From Amoebidium appalachense (lineage: Eukaryota > Protista > Ichthyosporea), in the NCBI GenBank assembly GCA_963693365.1, contig CAVNZM010000016.1, positions 4,831,149 through 4,895,148 of the forward strand: a stretch of 64,000 nucleotides of DNA, in the 5' to 3' direction. Made by a program: the position numbers and the translations under genes. Below the pieces are notes generated by a model. That model did no database searches. It saw nothing but the letters and a program-made list of their open reading frames with translations, and was not told the DNA's origin. Shown one piece after another: positions 12,937-26,060 of this stretch. The first letter of the stretch is position 1. Each line of letters starts with the position of its first letter.

Positions 12937-13516
12937 AGCGAGCGAAAGAGGGGGGCAGGGTGGGAGGAAGAGGGCGAGAGAGTGGGGGGGAGGGAGGCAG
13001 GAAGAAGGGGAGGAGAGAGAGAAAGAGAGGGGAGGGGAGGGGGAAGGGGGGAGAGGGCGGGAGAGAGGGAGGGAGGGACAAGGGAAGGAGAGATAAAGAG
13101 GGAGGGAGAGAGGGAGAGAGGGGCAGAAAGAGTGGGGGGAGGGGGAAATAGAGACGGGGGGAGAGAGAGAGGGGAGGGGGGAAGAGAGAGCGAGAAAGGG
13201 AGAGAGGTGGGGGGGGGGAGAGGGAGGGGAGAGAAGAAAGGGAGGGGGGAGGGGGAGGGGGGGGGAAGAGGGGGGGGAGGGGGGAGAGAAAGGGGGGAAA
13301 GTAAGAGAGTGAGAGAGAAGAGGGGGGAGTGGGGAGGGGGGGGGGGGGGGAAGAGGAAGAGACCCGCTGAGAGGGAGAGAGAGGGAGAGAGGGGGGGGGG
13401 GGGGGGGGAAGAAGGAGGAGGAGAGCGACAGGGAGAGAGGGAGGCAGTCCCACCTCATGCTCGTCCGGGTCGAACCTCTGGTACACTATCGCGTCTTCCT
13501 GGCCCGGCGACACCAT
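1366..13516 (-). CDS. THOC6: THO complex subunit 6 (WD40 protein), multi-exon
   Basis: Phase-consistent GT-AG exons: 13516-13454, 11218-11087 ([27 protein letters not shown]), 8668-8598 ([14 protein letters not shown]), 8005-7941, 7721-7639, 6599-6506 ([28 protein letters not shown]), 6170-6093 ([26 protein letters not shown]), 5363-5114, 3385-3271 ([15 protein letters not shown]), 2471-2229 and 1449-1366 ([27 protein letters not shown]). Motif order matches THOC6 (GPVYS..., GHTDYIHCL..., SGGEDGAVRLWD, C-terminal LGYRAFSLSF). Possible microexons at 10509-10488, 10049-10024 and 8950-8939. Confidence 0.9.
3418..3636. repeat. AT-rich (TAT/TGT)n degenerate trinucleotide microsatellite
   Basis: Runs of TATTATTGTTAT with a recurring ATTAATATCGTTATTATTG sub-unit. 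Confidence 0.9.
3648..4222. mobile_element. Non-autonomous piggyBac-type element (MITE), 575 bp, in a THOC6 intron
   Basis: TTAA at 3644-3647 and 4223-4226. TIRs CCCCTAGCCGTTCGCC and (reverse complement) CCCCGAGCCGTTCGCC match at 15/16. No transposase ORF. Confidence 0.85.
6166..6292 (-). repeat. Three tandem copies of the THOC6 acceptor site
   Basis: TAG(T/C)CTGAGGGGGAGATA at about 6167, 6224 and 6271. On the minus strand this reads TATCTCCCCCTCAG|ACTA, the acceptor of exon 6170-6093. Confidence 0.8.
8190..8590. repeat. Degenerate intronic minisatellites (AGATATCTGGCAT-type, then ATGTGCACACAGTACT-type)
   Basis: Recurring AGATATCTGG(C/A) motifs at 8190-8430. About 5 copies of TGCACACAGTAC at 8470-8580, a motif that also occurs in the adjacent exon (8622-8633). 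Confidence 0.65.
9334..9590 (-). repeat. Intronic repeat family, subfamily A, longest copy (includes the structured 5' domain)
   Basis: Near-identical to 12157-12312 over about 150 bp. Shares CCCTGAGGATGGGCTCTGCTTAT, GTACTTCGTAC and GTCGAAACTC with the other copies. Confidence 0.85.
11567..11850 (-). repeat. Intronic repeat family, subfamily B, longest copy
   Basis: Differs from 28675-28860 by about 7 substitutions in about 180 bp. Its 5' domain is homologous to 9460-9590. Confidence 0.85.
12005..12312 (-). repeat. Two tandem copies of the intronic repeat family (one divergent, one subfamily A)
   Basis: 12005-12105 has GAAGTACAC...TATGCAACAAAGCAGAGCCCA. 12157-12312 matches 9334-9485. Confidence 0.8.
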
Positions 13517-14054
13517 TTTTACTCCGTTTTCAAAAGTGGCTACACGAAACTAATATTTTAGGTGGGGGGGTAAGTGGGGGGGTATTGTATCTTGGGACCT
13601 TCAGGGGAAGCCCGAGCTAGTTTCTGGGCAAGGCATCAGATGTTTTGTTAGAAACACGCTGAATAGCAGGTGTGCATGCACACAAACTTGAAGCATAAAC
13701 GGTCGCTTATTACCTATATATGTAAGTTTTGCAACCCGTGTCACAGTGAAAGTTTTCGCGCGGGGCACGTCTGAGGGAGAAGGGGCATGGTTTATGTCAG
13801 TTTCTTTAACCCTAACACGTGTTAAAGAAGACACATTGTCATCGGAATTGTTTCCATTCCTGGTTTTATTGAATGGCATTTAGTTGGCTGACCCGCAGGA
13901 ATTTTCTTGGTTAGCTACACGAATTCCTACAACTTCGGCTTGAAGCCTTGAAGTTGGAAGAACAATACATGCGTTCACCTTTTTCTTTACTTTTTTCCTT
14001 TCCCCCCCTCTTTTCCCTCATTAACCACAGCTGGTTGGATAGGAAGCACATAGA
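13517..14054. promoter_or_regulatory. Probable bidirectional promoter and 5' UTR region between THOC6 and the PDI-family gene
   Basis: Head-to-head ATGs at 13516 (-) and 14055 (+), about 540 bp apart. The region lacks long microsatellites. A pyrimidine tract plus CAG at about 13980-14030 suggests a 5' UTR intron. Confidence 0.55.
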
Positions 14055-14644
14055 ATGGCTCTAAAAGGAATGCTCAAAGCCTGGTTACATCTGGGGCTTC
14101 TGTGCCTGTCCTCCGTGTCTGCAAAACAAGAAAAGGAGAAGGTGGGCAGATCTTGAACATGTGCATCATGAGAAGTGTCTACAAAGTTTCGTATGTTCTC
14201 AAACAGTAATGCATTACACGTTTAGATTGAATAACTTGTGCTATGGTGGAAGCCTGTCTGACATAACTTCTGTAGACACCAAAAGTGATGTGTTTCTTAT
14301 ACATTGAGCTCCAAGCCCTACTCTTGATCCCAACCACCCAACCTCCATTTTCTCCTATCCTGTTTATCCCCTCCCAACATCCCCCACAACCCCCACTGTT
14401 CAGCTCCATCCCCTAACTCGTTTCCACGGAATAGCACTCTCAAGACTTCCGGTATAACATGCGACTTCGCCTTCCGCACTATAGTTTCTAATTGGAAAGC
14501 AGTGTTACAAAAACAATTTCACATACGCATCCTGTTCATGTGGGGGCTTGTACGCAAAATATTAGTGTAGTGCATGTCCCAGACTGTGTTGGGTGCTACC
14601 CCGCTCCCTCGCCCCCCCCCCCTCTCTACCCTTCAAACACACAC

Positions 14645-14699
<55 letters not shown>

Positions 14700-16998
14700 C
14701 TCCCCTCCCTTCTCCCACCCACTCCATTTCCCACTTCTTGTTCTTTCCACCTATATTTCCTCGGTTTAACAGCCACCACTCATTTATTAACACACACACC
14801 CCAAAACACAGGGCCCATCTGTAGCCACACCAGTCAGCGCAAAGTCGCTCAAAACCACAATAGCAGAGAACGATGACACCGTCGTCCTTTTCTACGCACC
14901 ATTTTGCACCCGGTGCAACAAAATTCTCCCCAGGTTCGAATCTGCGGCAAAGGCTCTTAAGAAAGCAGGAGACCCGGCGAAACTTGTACAGGTTGATGTC
15001 ATGAAACATCAACCAGTGTTCACCGATTATAATGTTGGCCTTCTTCCAGTCATCCGTTATTACAAGGGCGGGAAGAGTGTAGGTGTCTACGATGGACCTG
15101 ATAAGGCAAAGGGAATTGTGCGTTTTGTGAAGGCGGGTGGGGTGACCCCAGAGGAGGATGTGACGAGCCACAGTGTGGATATCAGCCAGGAAGAGATTGC
15201 AAACTACATGTTGACGTGGGGTCAGCTACCCGTGGTGAGTTCCCTCAACAGGTGGAGCAGGTGGCGGCGTGGAAGGAGGGGGGAGGTGGGGGGGGGGGGG
15301 GGAAGGGGTGGGGAGGGGGGAGGGGGGAGGGCTGTTGTTGTTCTGTCTCACTTTTTTGTGCCTCGGTGTTTCCCTCCTTTCAAGTGCTCGGGTCCTTTTT
15401 GCATCAGAATTAGAGAATGTATTTCTGCCAGCCGGGCAGGGGGAGGGGGGAGGGGGGAGGGGGAGGAGGACGGGGGGAGTGGGGAAAGGCGGGATGGGAG
15501 GGAAGGGAAGCTCAACTGAAACACGGGCACCGGTGGGAAGAAGAACGGGATAGGTTAAGGCATGGGTTTAATCTTCGTTGAGCCGTATGGTCACTGACAG
15601 TGTCTGGAAGGAAGCCACCTATGTGCATATCGATGTTGTTTAAGTGGGGGCGTCGGTGGGGAGGGAGGGGGGGGGGGGGAAGGGGGGGGGGCCGGGGAAC
15701 CTTGGCACGGGCTGCTTTATGCTTCCTGATATGCACCGTGGAACCGCCATCCGTCCGTATAACCCCCCCACCCACCCCTGCCCCTCGCAAAAAAATATAT
15801 ATAAAAAATAGAAGAATGCTGTGATGGAAGAGAGCAACCAAGTGACCGAGGGGGGAAGGCCGCGGGGGCGGGGAGAGGGGGGGGGGGGGGGAGGGGGGGG
15901 GGGGGGGGGGGGGGCGTAGTTAAGGGTCTTGCCTCTTTTGATACCCTTAAGAGGCCCTCACTGGTCTACCTAAGTCATGACTCAAACTTCAACAACATCC
16001 TAAAATCTGTGAATATAAACACGACAATCTGACACTTCTCTTCTCTTCCCCTTTCTTCTCCCCCCCCCCCCCCCCCTCTCTCTCTCCTCCCCCCCCCCCC
16101 CTCCCCCCGCGGCCCTCCCCCCTCCCCCCCTCCTCCCCCCCCTCCTCCCCCCGCCACCCCCTCCCACACACACGCACGCACACACCAGCCGGAAGGACGG
16201 ACGGATATAATCAAGTTTAAAGATGCAAAGGAGCACTCCAAAGGACTTAAAGAACACCCCCTGCTGATGGTGAAATACTACACGGAGTGGTGTGGTGTGT
16301 GCAAGGTGGGTGGGTGGGTGGGAGAGGGGAAGAGGTGGGGGAGAGAGGGGAAGGAGGGGGTGGAGATGTGAATAGGTGGGTGGAGGGGGGGGGAGGGGGG
16401 GGGGGGTGGATGGAGAGGGGGGGAGGGGGGGGGGGGGTAGGATGGAGGGGGGTGGGTTGGGGTAGGCGGGTGGTCTTGGGGGCGGGTTGGTGAGGAGTTG
16501 TTTTGGGAGGGGGGGGAGGGGAGGGGGGAGTGGGTGGCTGGTGGCCGGTTTATGGGTGGGTGGTTGAAAGAGGGGGGGGGAGGCCGGGGGGGGGGGAGGG
16601 GGGGGGGGCTTGTGGGTGGGTGGGTGGGTGGGTGAGTGAGTTTGTGGGTGGGTGCAAGTGCGCATGGGCAGGGAGAGTGGGAGGATAAATGGGCGAGGTC
16701 ACCGTAGGGATAGTTGTGTGATGGTTTTGTTTGTGGGGGCGGGGCCGGGGGGGGGGGGGGGGGGGGGGGGGGGCGTGAATTGAGTATGTGTGATTCGGGT
16801 ATAGGGGTAGGGGGGGAGGGGGGATTGGAGGGAGTCTCGACATTCAGGAAGAGAACAATAGGTTCACACAGGGAGTTGACATTTTCTCTCTATTACCCCT
16901 TACTCAATGCACACACATCACACACACGAGCACGCGCGCGCACACACACACGTCCACACATCCACACACGCACACACACGCGGGCGCACACACACACA

Positions 16999-17056
<58 letters not shown>

Positions 17057-17693
17057 CAAGCTACAGTACATCAACGCAGGCCACCTCCTCCGAGATAAAA
17101 ACTCCGGCGCCCGATTGGCCGAAGTCGACTGCGAAGCCAATCAAGAAATATGCAGAAAAGCCAATGTCCAATCATATCCCACCATTAATATTTATCGCAA
17201 CGGCACCCTATTCGAGGTTTACAACCGCGCCCGCACAGACGTGGACATTGCGCATTACTTTAACGTACTCGAAGCTCGGATACTTAAAGGAGAGAGATTG
17301 ACCAAGGCTTTTAACGACGAAGAAGAGCAAATGGAAATGGGCTCCGGTTTTAAGGCAGCCGAGGACCAGGCGTACTACGACCCTGCAACGGAAAACGAAA
17401 ATGAAAATACCGGAGTTTTGGATGGCGGGGATTCTGATATGGATTTGGAAGGCCTTCCGGAAGATATTCGTGCCGTTTTGGAAGAGTCTGAGATGATTCG
17501 GAAAATGCAGAAGGAAAAGGAAAAGGAAAGAGAAGGGGAAAAGGAAAAGGAAAAGGAAACGGAAAAGAAAGAGGATTCGGAAAAGGAAAAGGAAAAGGAA
17601 AAGGAAAAGGTAGAGGAAAAGGAAGAGGAAAAGGAAGAGGAAGAGGGGAAACACGAAAAGGATGTTCATGAGGTGCACAGAGACGAATTGTGA
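14055..17693 (+). CDS. Protein disulfide isomerase family protein (signal peptide, two thioredoxin domains, acidic tail, RDEL), about 422 aa
   Basis: Exons 14055-14141 (signal peptide MALKGMLKAWLHLGLLCLSSVSA), 14812-15234 (VVLFYAPFCTRC), 16189-16305 (MVKYYTEWCGVCK) and 17052-17693 (LAEVDC...VQSYPTI..., E/K-rich tail, HRDEL*). All introns are phase 0. Confidence 0.92.
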
Positions 17694-18832
17694 ACCCTGG
17701 ATGTGCACTTTTAAAAGTAACAGCACCGCGCAAGATAAAAATAAAATGTAAATGGATTAGATGATTGGTGGAGATTATCATGATGGCATGGAACCGTGCC
17801 GCCAATGGGTTTTCGTAGTGGCGTCCTTTTCTTCTCTCTCCATTTCTTTCTCCTGTTCCCTTAATTTTTTTCCTTATTTCCCCCCCTTTTTTTCTTTCTG
17901 GCTCTTTTTTTTTTCTCCCCTTTCGCAATCGATATGTCAAAGTGTGTGTTCTGATATGGTGGTGGTGGTTTTGTTATCGAACTTATTACAGCACTAGTGA
18001 ACTTTCCCTGTGTGCAGGTCCCGAGGGGTGGGGACGAGAGCGCGGCCGAGGAAGGGGGGGGGGGGGGGGGAGGGAGGGAGGGAGGGGGGGGGGGGGGGGG
18101 GTTAGATAGATTATTTACTTAGTGCACCCAGCCCTGCTGGGCCCCTTTCGTGGCCACAAATTAGATGGGCTTTAACTTTCACGATAGCATTAATGAATTT
18201 ATGTTTTGCGTATGAACAAAATGTACATCAGGGATTGTCTGATTATTTTTTTGACAATGCCGTTGTGTGTTTTTCGTAAGCTTAAGTTATATGTTCACAT
18301 GTGTGACTTTAAAGGACTTAATGTACATCATTCTTCAACCATGACTTTCAGATATACTTTTGAAATTCGTGGATCTTCGAGTGTCTCCTTGGGTACAGGT
18401 ATAGCTACGAGGATAGTCTATGTGATCAACATTACAGGGACTATTTTTTCTAAGTTGTCAAATATATTGGATCTTTTGAGTCAAGGACCTACTTGATAGA
18501 TGGAATTTGTACCTCTGTGAACATGGTTATCCCTTGGGTGTATCTCGATTTAACAAGACATGAATCATCATGTAAGGTTCTATAAACTGAATAGCTCCAG
18601 TTTCATTTGGAAACTCTAATAAAAATAATGTAACATGAGGGTAAAGTGTTTTAACATCAAGAACTTTACTATATATTATAACAGTATTGTGTTAGTCCCA
18701 CGTTTGTTGTTTACTACGCAATTATTGAATTTAGTTTACTAGGGTCGTTCCAGGTGATTGGCTGGTAATTTTAGTAAAGCCACATAGTGCACGGTCGATC
18801 GTGCCCCGGTTCGGGTTCAGTCAAAAGCTTAA

Positions 18833-18863
<31 letters not shown>

Positions 18864-19037
18864 AAAAACAATGCCGCGGCCGATGCATGCAGCGTGTGTT
18901 CAATCTCGGCACATACATTCTCCCTTGACCAACCCAGCCACTATTGCAACCCCCGTTCCCTTCCTCCACAAAACTTCCCATTATTTGCGCGATCATCAAG
19001 CTCTGCCAACCATGGTAGGAAGAGCCCCCCCCCCCCC

Positions 19038-19068
<31 letters not shown>

Positions 19069-19585
19069 ATCCCCCCCCCCCCTCCCCCCCCCCCCCCCCC
19101 CCCCCCCCCCCCGCGCTCGAGGGTAGTACATATGTCAGGCATAGGACATGGGTCCGGCGTGCGCGTGCCAAAATCGGGGGCGGAGGGCGGGAGCGGGGCC
19201 AGAGGGCGGGAGCGGGGGAGGGGGGGGGGGGGGGGGGTTTCAGTGGTGATTTGTCTGCTGAGTTTTATTCTCCATCAAGAACTTTTTATCGACAGGGTAG
19301 AAATTCGACGAATTAAGGTTTATACATCCAAAAATAGCACTTGCACTTCAGGTTATCTCAGTGTTATCTAACAATACTTCAAAAAACGTTACTGCCTTTT
19401 TCAACGGCATTGGCTCTATAATTATCTGTATACAGAACAACTTCAGTATGATCTTCAAATGCAGAAAAGCCGACCGGGTTATTTGGGTTGTGATGATTCC
19501 GGTGAGGCAGGATTCATAAGTGGATTACTTGACTCATGAGACAATACAAATGTGGGCTTGTTGTACGACTCAGTTTGTGTGCTTC

Positions 19586-19648
<63 letters not shown>

Positions 19649-19767
19649 GCGCGCGGGGGGGTAGATATGATGTGGTGGTGGTGGGTTATCCAATCATACT
19701 ATCCTCTCAGTATTCGACAAATCCTCCTTGTTTTCACTGTCGTCCAGTGGGGCACTCACACGCTGAC

Positions 19768-21821
19768 TTACATGTGCGAATTTTCCGTATTTTCCGTCGT
19801 ATATCCAACATTCGAAAGAATATCATCCGACGCACAACCGTCCACCGCCAAACTGCTACGGTGAACAACCGTAACGCCAACCGCCCCAGCCGGCAAACCG
19901 GCTGGACCGCCCTTCTTCTTTTCCGAATTCTCGGAATTTCCGTTACCGGAAATTCCAAAACCCAGTACCGAACCACCCTCGTTGAGCGTGGTGACAAAAT
20001 CGTCGAGGCTGCTCTGGGATAGTCTTCCCAACGCGCCCTGCGCCTTGCCACCCTTGGTGTTCGTGTTTAGACTATTGGGGCTAATGTTTCTTGGCTCTTC
20101 ATCCCTGTAAGCGTTCGTCATTGATCTTTTCTCCGTCAGAATGTGCAACACTCCGCTTCCGATAGTTGAAGATGCTCTCCGGGCCAAAAGACGCGCCTCC
20201 CGGACGACATTCGCGACGTTTTCACTCCCCTGCGTCAAGAGAGCCTCGATCGAGCGACGGCGTATAGACCTGACGTTTTGGTTCCAGTAATAGAAAAGAA
20301 GAAGTGAAAGTACCATCTGCCCGATAAACAGAGTTAGAGTCACCCCCGGTTGGGATTTCAGCGAGGTGCGGTCAGCGACGGTACCGAGGGTGTAAACGAT
20401 GAAAGAAAAGAGGAAGAAACAAGCGAGGGATTTGCTCTGATCGAGGTCATACGGCGCGAGCTGGCTCCGCCTGCGATACAACGTGTACACCAAAACGAGC
20501 GCGAAAATGTTATACGTCACGTTGATAGCGAATTTGGCGTCCATCAATTTCCGGTAATAATCTTTCGCTCCCTGTATGTCCCCCGAGAAAAACATGGGTT
20601 TCACCACCGACAACTCGACACCCATTAGAATAGAGTTGGGGATAAGTAGAACACACAGTACCAAAAACAACCACCAAGTATTTAGGCATGAAGCCGAGAC
20701 GATAGTGGCTGGAACCCAAACCAACCGCGGAATTTGGTGTCCGGGGGGTTTTTTCAGGCTCGGGTGGCCATAAACGCATACGAAAACCCGAAGCATAAGC
20801 GTGATGATTGGGTAGAAGCGTAGCGGATAGAGCAGCCACACAATGACGGCTTCAAAGTCCACCTGGAACAGGGAATTGTGTTAGTTTTGTGCTTTATAAC
20901 ATAATACCCCTACCCTCCTAACCCCCCTCCCCCTCCCCGTCCCGGCCTCCCCACCCTGTCCATCCTCTCTCTTCCTCGCTTCCACCCCATTCCCCACCCC
21001 GCCGCTCCATCCCCAGCCCCACCCCACCCTCTCCTCTGCCGCCACGGAGATAAACGTGGCACATGCACACTCACTCTTGCTCACGCACACCAACCATTAG
21101 TCAACACTCTTCCCCAGACAGCACCGTTTCTATGTTAGTTATGGTAAATAGATATTGCAGTTTTGGCTTTCTAGATGCGGTGTTTAGAGCCTCTAAAAGA
21201 CATAACATACACGAGAACCACCGAAGCCCTACGGCCTCCTTTTGTGACACCACATACTGCTAGCAATTGAGCCAAAAAACCAACTGGTTACCGGCAGCAC
21301 ACATCGACACCATGGATGGCTCTTGGCAAGCAAACGGAAGCAGTGTCAGATCTACCGTGGCAGGGGAGGAGAAAAGGGGAGAAGGGAGTGTGTGTGTGGT
21401 GGGGGCGGAGGGAAGGGGGTTGGGAAGGGAGGAGGGAGAAGGGGTCGTTGTTGGTCGAGGAGTGGACAGGGGAGATCACGCAGTGTGTGTGTGTTGGTGG
21501 GGGGGGAGACGGAGGGGGGAAGGGGGAGTTCTAGCAAGAAACCCTGATTACAGATGTAAAGGAATGTAAGGGCTTGCTTACCGGAAGCTCAAAAAGGAGA
21601 TACAGTCTTTCGCTGGCATAATATCCTTGATAGAACAGCGCTGCAGAGAAACCTATCGTAGGCATTAGGAAAAACACCAAAGGGAACCGGCCATTCTCGG
21701 GAACCCGCAGAAAGCCGTATACAAAAATGACGAGTAGAGGGGCTATAATGAGGATGGCGCCCGCTTCCACCCAGGCAGAAACGCTTATGGCAAACCATAG
21801 ATCCTGGTTGTCTGAACTCAT
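19768..21821 (-). CDS. Orphan multi-pass (about 7 TM, GPCR-like) membrane protein, about 444 aa, 2 exons
   Basis: Exon 21821-21582 (80 codons, donor GTAAGC) joins in phase 0 to 20862-19768 (acceptor CAG). About seven hydrophobic segments are followed by a long S/R-rich cytoplasmic tail. Confidence 0.8.
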
Positions 21822-23887
21822 GTTGGCCCTTGCATGTGCTAGCCGTGGCAGAGATGCGGGTAAGATGGGTTGTTGATTTCAAAGTTGATACAAGTGTGTT
21901 TATTTTCGACTCTGAGATCTAAAATTATATGTTGTTGGTGTGTTTATCTAGTGAAGTCGAGATGCCAGGTTCGAGGACAGTTGGTGGCTCCGGTTGAGTA
22001 AATATGGGGACCAAGAAATCCATTCAAAACGTCATGCGGAGCATGCATGTGAATGATTGGTGCCTATAGGCCAAATAACAAGCTTAACAGGAGCTCTGTG
22101 CAACCAGGGTATTACGTTGAAAAGATGGGCTTGTTTGTTTTCACGTTAACTTGGGGCTAAAGGTGTGCTGCATGGACGCATAAACGTGCATTGACAACCG
22201 GATGCGCCTAGTTCGAAGGTCAAACATTCAGCCTTCACTGACAACTGTAGGCCTATGTTTACATGCAGGGAGTGTGTAGTTTCTAAATTATTGTGGTATA
22301 CACACTGTAATTCTGTTATGTCTGTGTGATGAGAGCTTTCGTCGCACCGCCCAGTGCTGTGAAATGACGGCTGGAGGGAGCCCTTGTGTGCCGTAGAGGC
22401 CGACTGAAAGTCCGCAAGGAGAGAGAGGCATGCATTTTTATTTCAGTTGCTCCAAGTCCCAAAGATCATCTGAGGTTTGATATGAAAGTGATACAAAACC
22501 CATATGAAAGAAAAAAGAGTAAAGAAAAATGAGACACAAAAGGCGAGTTTTTAAAGAAAGATTTATATTTTTTATATTATACGAAATATAATGGGCTTGA
22601 TGGTACATATAGACACCTGTTACTGTTTACTGATCCATGCACGAGATTAGTTGGTGCGGAATGTACCAATCATACCTCGTGAGTGGCTTTGGAATGTGCC
22701 AAACCCCGGGCCATGATTATATCGAGTTTTCATTGGCTTCTGGTGCTCTTTCAAAACTCCCCAAAAACACGTTTATATGGGGCTTCTCTCCGCTGATCAC
22801 TGTGACCCACCTGAATATGTTATTGTATACCATCGGGTTTTTATAGGGTGTTCAGGTATCTTAACAGGCACTAACTATTGGGTAACTCGTAAAAATTTTC
22901 TATTACCCCTCAAGTATGCAGTGCATAATCACACCTCCATACTGTAGGCTGAAAATTAAATCATCCTCGTGCACGGAACCATCGGAAAGTATTTCGAAAT
23001 TCGAAGCGCCGAACTTCGAAGAGCCGGCCATTAATGATTGGCAAAAAAAAAAGGACAGACCAGTGGACAGTGGACTCCAGTTATGCAATCATTGTTATGA
23101 ATAATAATAAAATATTCAATCTGGCAATTCAATTTTTTTATGTGATAGCCACACAGCTGCGTTATAGTATATATTAGTGGACCACCTCTTGGGAAGTTGG
23201 GATATCGTGTACTTATCACCCCCGTTCAGTTAGTCTTGGAGGATCTATTGCAGTGAACCAGCTGTGATGGGCCCAGGCCCAACACAGCGGGACACCACCG
23301 CTACATACACAGAGACGCACAGACAGACACAAACTGCACTTTTGAGCATTACTTTTGAGTTGTTAGGAAAAGCTGGACATATGTAATGGGCCATGGCCAT
23401 ATATATCAACTTTGTTCCCGAGAGAGACATTTCCGTGACTCTCCAGTGAAAAGATGATCAATAAATCATTGGTGGATCTGTGATCCAATCAACTTGATCT
23501 GTAGAACTCTTCTCTGCACCAATCAATGCAGCCTTTGTAGTGCGAGCTCACATGGTGATTGGTAGATATTGACAAAGGTTGACGGTTGAGGCACCGAGAA
23601 ATTGCCGGAACCGTGTAGGAGGGGTTTACAGTGTACAAACTGTGGACACTGTCACAGGCTGGGGCCCAGCCTCCCTCGACGGCCTCGAATAAAGACCGTA
23701 ACTCTCTCTTTCTCCCCCTTCGTGATTCTCTCTTTCTCAGAGGCTCTCTCTCCCTCCCTCCTCCCTGATTATCTTCCTCCCCCCCCCCCCCCTCCCCCTC
23801 TCTCGCAGCTCTCTCTAGATCTCTCTCCTCCCCCCCCCCCCCCCCCCCCCCCCTCCTCCCCCCCGAGGCTCACGGCTGAGGCTTCTT

Positions 23888-24073
<186 letters not shown>

Positions 24074-25164
24074 AACCTCTCCCTCTTTCCCCCTTTGCCG
24101 GAAAGTAAGAAAGAAAGGAAAAGAAAGGGGAGGGAAAAAAGGAAGAAGGAAAAACCAAATCGCCTCACCCACCCACCCGGGGATGCCCACAAAGTTCATT
24201 CATTAACCCTCTTTGTTGCACCACTTAGTCTACATATGTACCCACACCCCATTCTGAACACAACTTACTCCGGAAATTATTCCTGCTTCCGCTTTTTCTC
24301 GTATATTCAGCCTGCCGGACCATATGATAGCGGTGGGAGCCGGCAAAATGTAGGCTGTGTTTGTTTTGAATGGCAACGGCAGCATGTGGCATATCATGGC
24401 CGGTCATGTTCAGGTAGCGTTATTCGAGGAAATGTACCCTAAGCCTTTTTGAGAAGGGATGTTGGAGGTGGACATCGGTGTCCCTAAGCAAATGTGTGGG
24501 ACCTTTTGTTGGGGGGGGGGGGGGGGGGGGGGGGGGGGAGGAGGGGGGAGGGGGGGGGGGAAAGAGGGAGGAGGGGGGGGGGGGGAGTGGGGAGGAGGGT
24601 TAGGGGGGTGGGGGGGATATGGGCAGGGGGTGGGAGGCGGGGTGAGGGCCCGGGAGGATAGAGCGACTCATAGTCAAAGGGAGGCTACATCTGGTGGTGG
24701 TGGCGGGGGAAGGAGAACTACTCGAGGGGGAGGGGGGGAGGGGAGGGGCGGAGAGGGGGAGGGGGGGGGGGGAGGGGGGGGGGGGGTATAAAGGAAAACC
24801 TGAGGCACACAAACTTTAATGTACTACTAGCTAATCGAGGAAGACTTGGCGTCTATTGAGAGCCGTTCAATTGATCATACACTGATGAAACACATCATAG
24901 TTAGCGCTCAAGGAGTACACCAGTTTTTTTTTTTTTTTTTTTTTTATATGGGAGGGGGGGAGGGGGGAGGAGAAGAGCGAGGGGAAGGGGGGGGGGGGTG
25001 GGGAGGGGGGGGCCGGGGGGGAGAGGGGGGGGGGGGAGGGGGGGGGGGGGGGGGAGAGGGGGAGGGGGGGGGGAGGAGGCTAAAATTCGCCAGTCTGGTC
25101 AACACATCTGTTGCAATGGCGCTCGGCAGTGCCTTAGTGTGGCGGCTTTTGGTGCCTGTATCAC

Positions 25165-25233
<69 letters not shown>

Positions 25234-25270
25234 GCGTGCGTGCGTGTGTGTGTGTTTGTGTGCGTGACTC

Positions 25271-25305
<35 letters not shown>

Positions 25306-25924
25306 TATGAGTGTGTGCGCGCTCGCGTGTTGGGACATGGCTGTGTGCCAATTGTGTGGATCATGATAAAAAGACGAAGGCGCCCAAAAAAATAATTAAT
25401 ACACCCAATCAGCTTAAATGGCGTAGTTATGTTAGGTTTCTAGTTGGGAAACTAGCAAACATATAATAGGTCGTGACGCCTCTATAGGGCTGCAAAGCTA
25501 CCTTAACCGAGATCACCAGGTGCGCATCTGCACGTGCGTGCAAGTGTGCGCATGTGTGTGTGTGCATGTGTGTGTGTGCATGTGTGTGCATGTGTGTGTA
25601 TATTTGGGTGAGTGAGTGGAGTGAGGGGGTGTAGTGTGTGTCGGTACGTGTGCACACATACACACGTATGTGTGTGTGTGTGTATGCGTGCTTGTGTGTG
25701 TGTGCACACACATCTGTGTATGTGTGTGTTCTGAAGCAGTGCGCACATGCGTTCCCATGTGCCTGTGTGTGCTCATTGCATAACTATGCACGTGTGCTAA
25801 TTTGCTAAGTTCACAAAACAATGCTGTATCTAGCGAGGCTTATGGGCCTACTTTTCTATGCTAATAAACAAAAAAAAACACTATTCAATTGAAACTAATC
25901 TTATATAATCCGAGCGCCCCCTCC

Positions 25925-25955
<31 letters not shown>

Positions 25956-26060
25956 AAAAAAAGATAAAAAAAAAAACAAAAAAAAAAAACGATCAACGTT
26001 CACAACAGCATAGATAACCATGAAATTCCCATATATCCAACAATCTCGCATCTAATTAGA

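Noticed and set aside
18130-18720. Degraded coding sequence (TE or viral) in AT-rich DNA; similar regions at 22860-23600 and 56830-57350
   Set aside because: Multiple stops and no recognisable domain motif, so I cannot support a call.
22340-22435. Ribozyme- or RNase P/MRP-like motif (CTGAAAGTCCGCAAGGA)
   Set aside because: The CUGANGA/GAAA core is incomplete, and no partner conserved regions occur in the right order.
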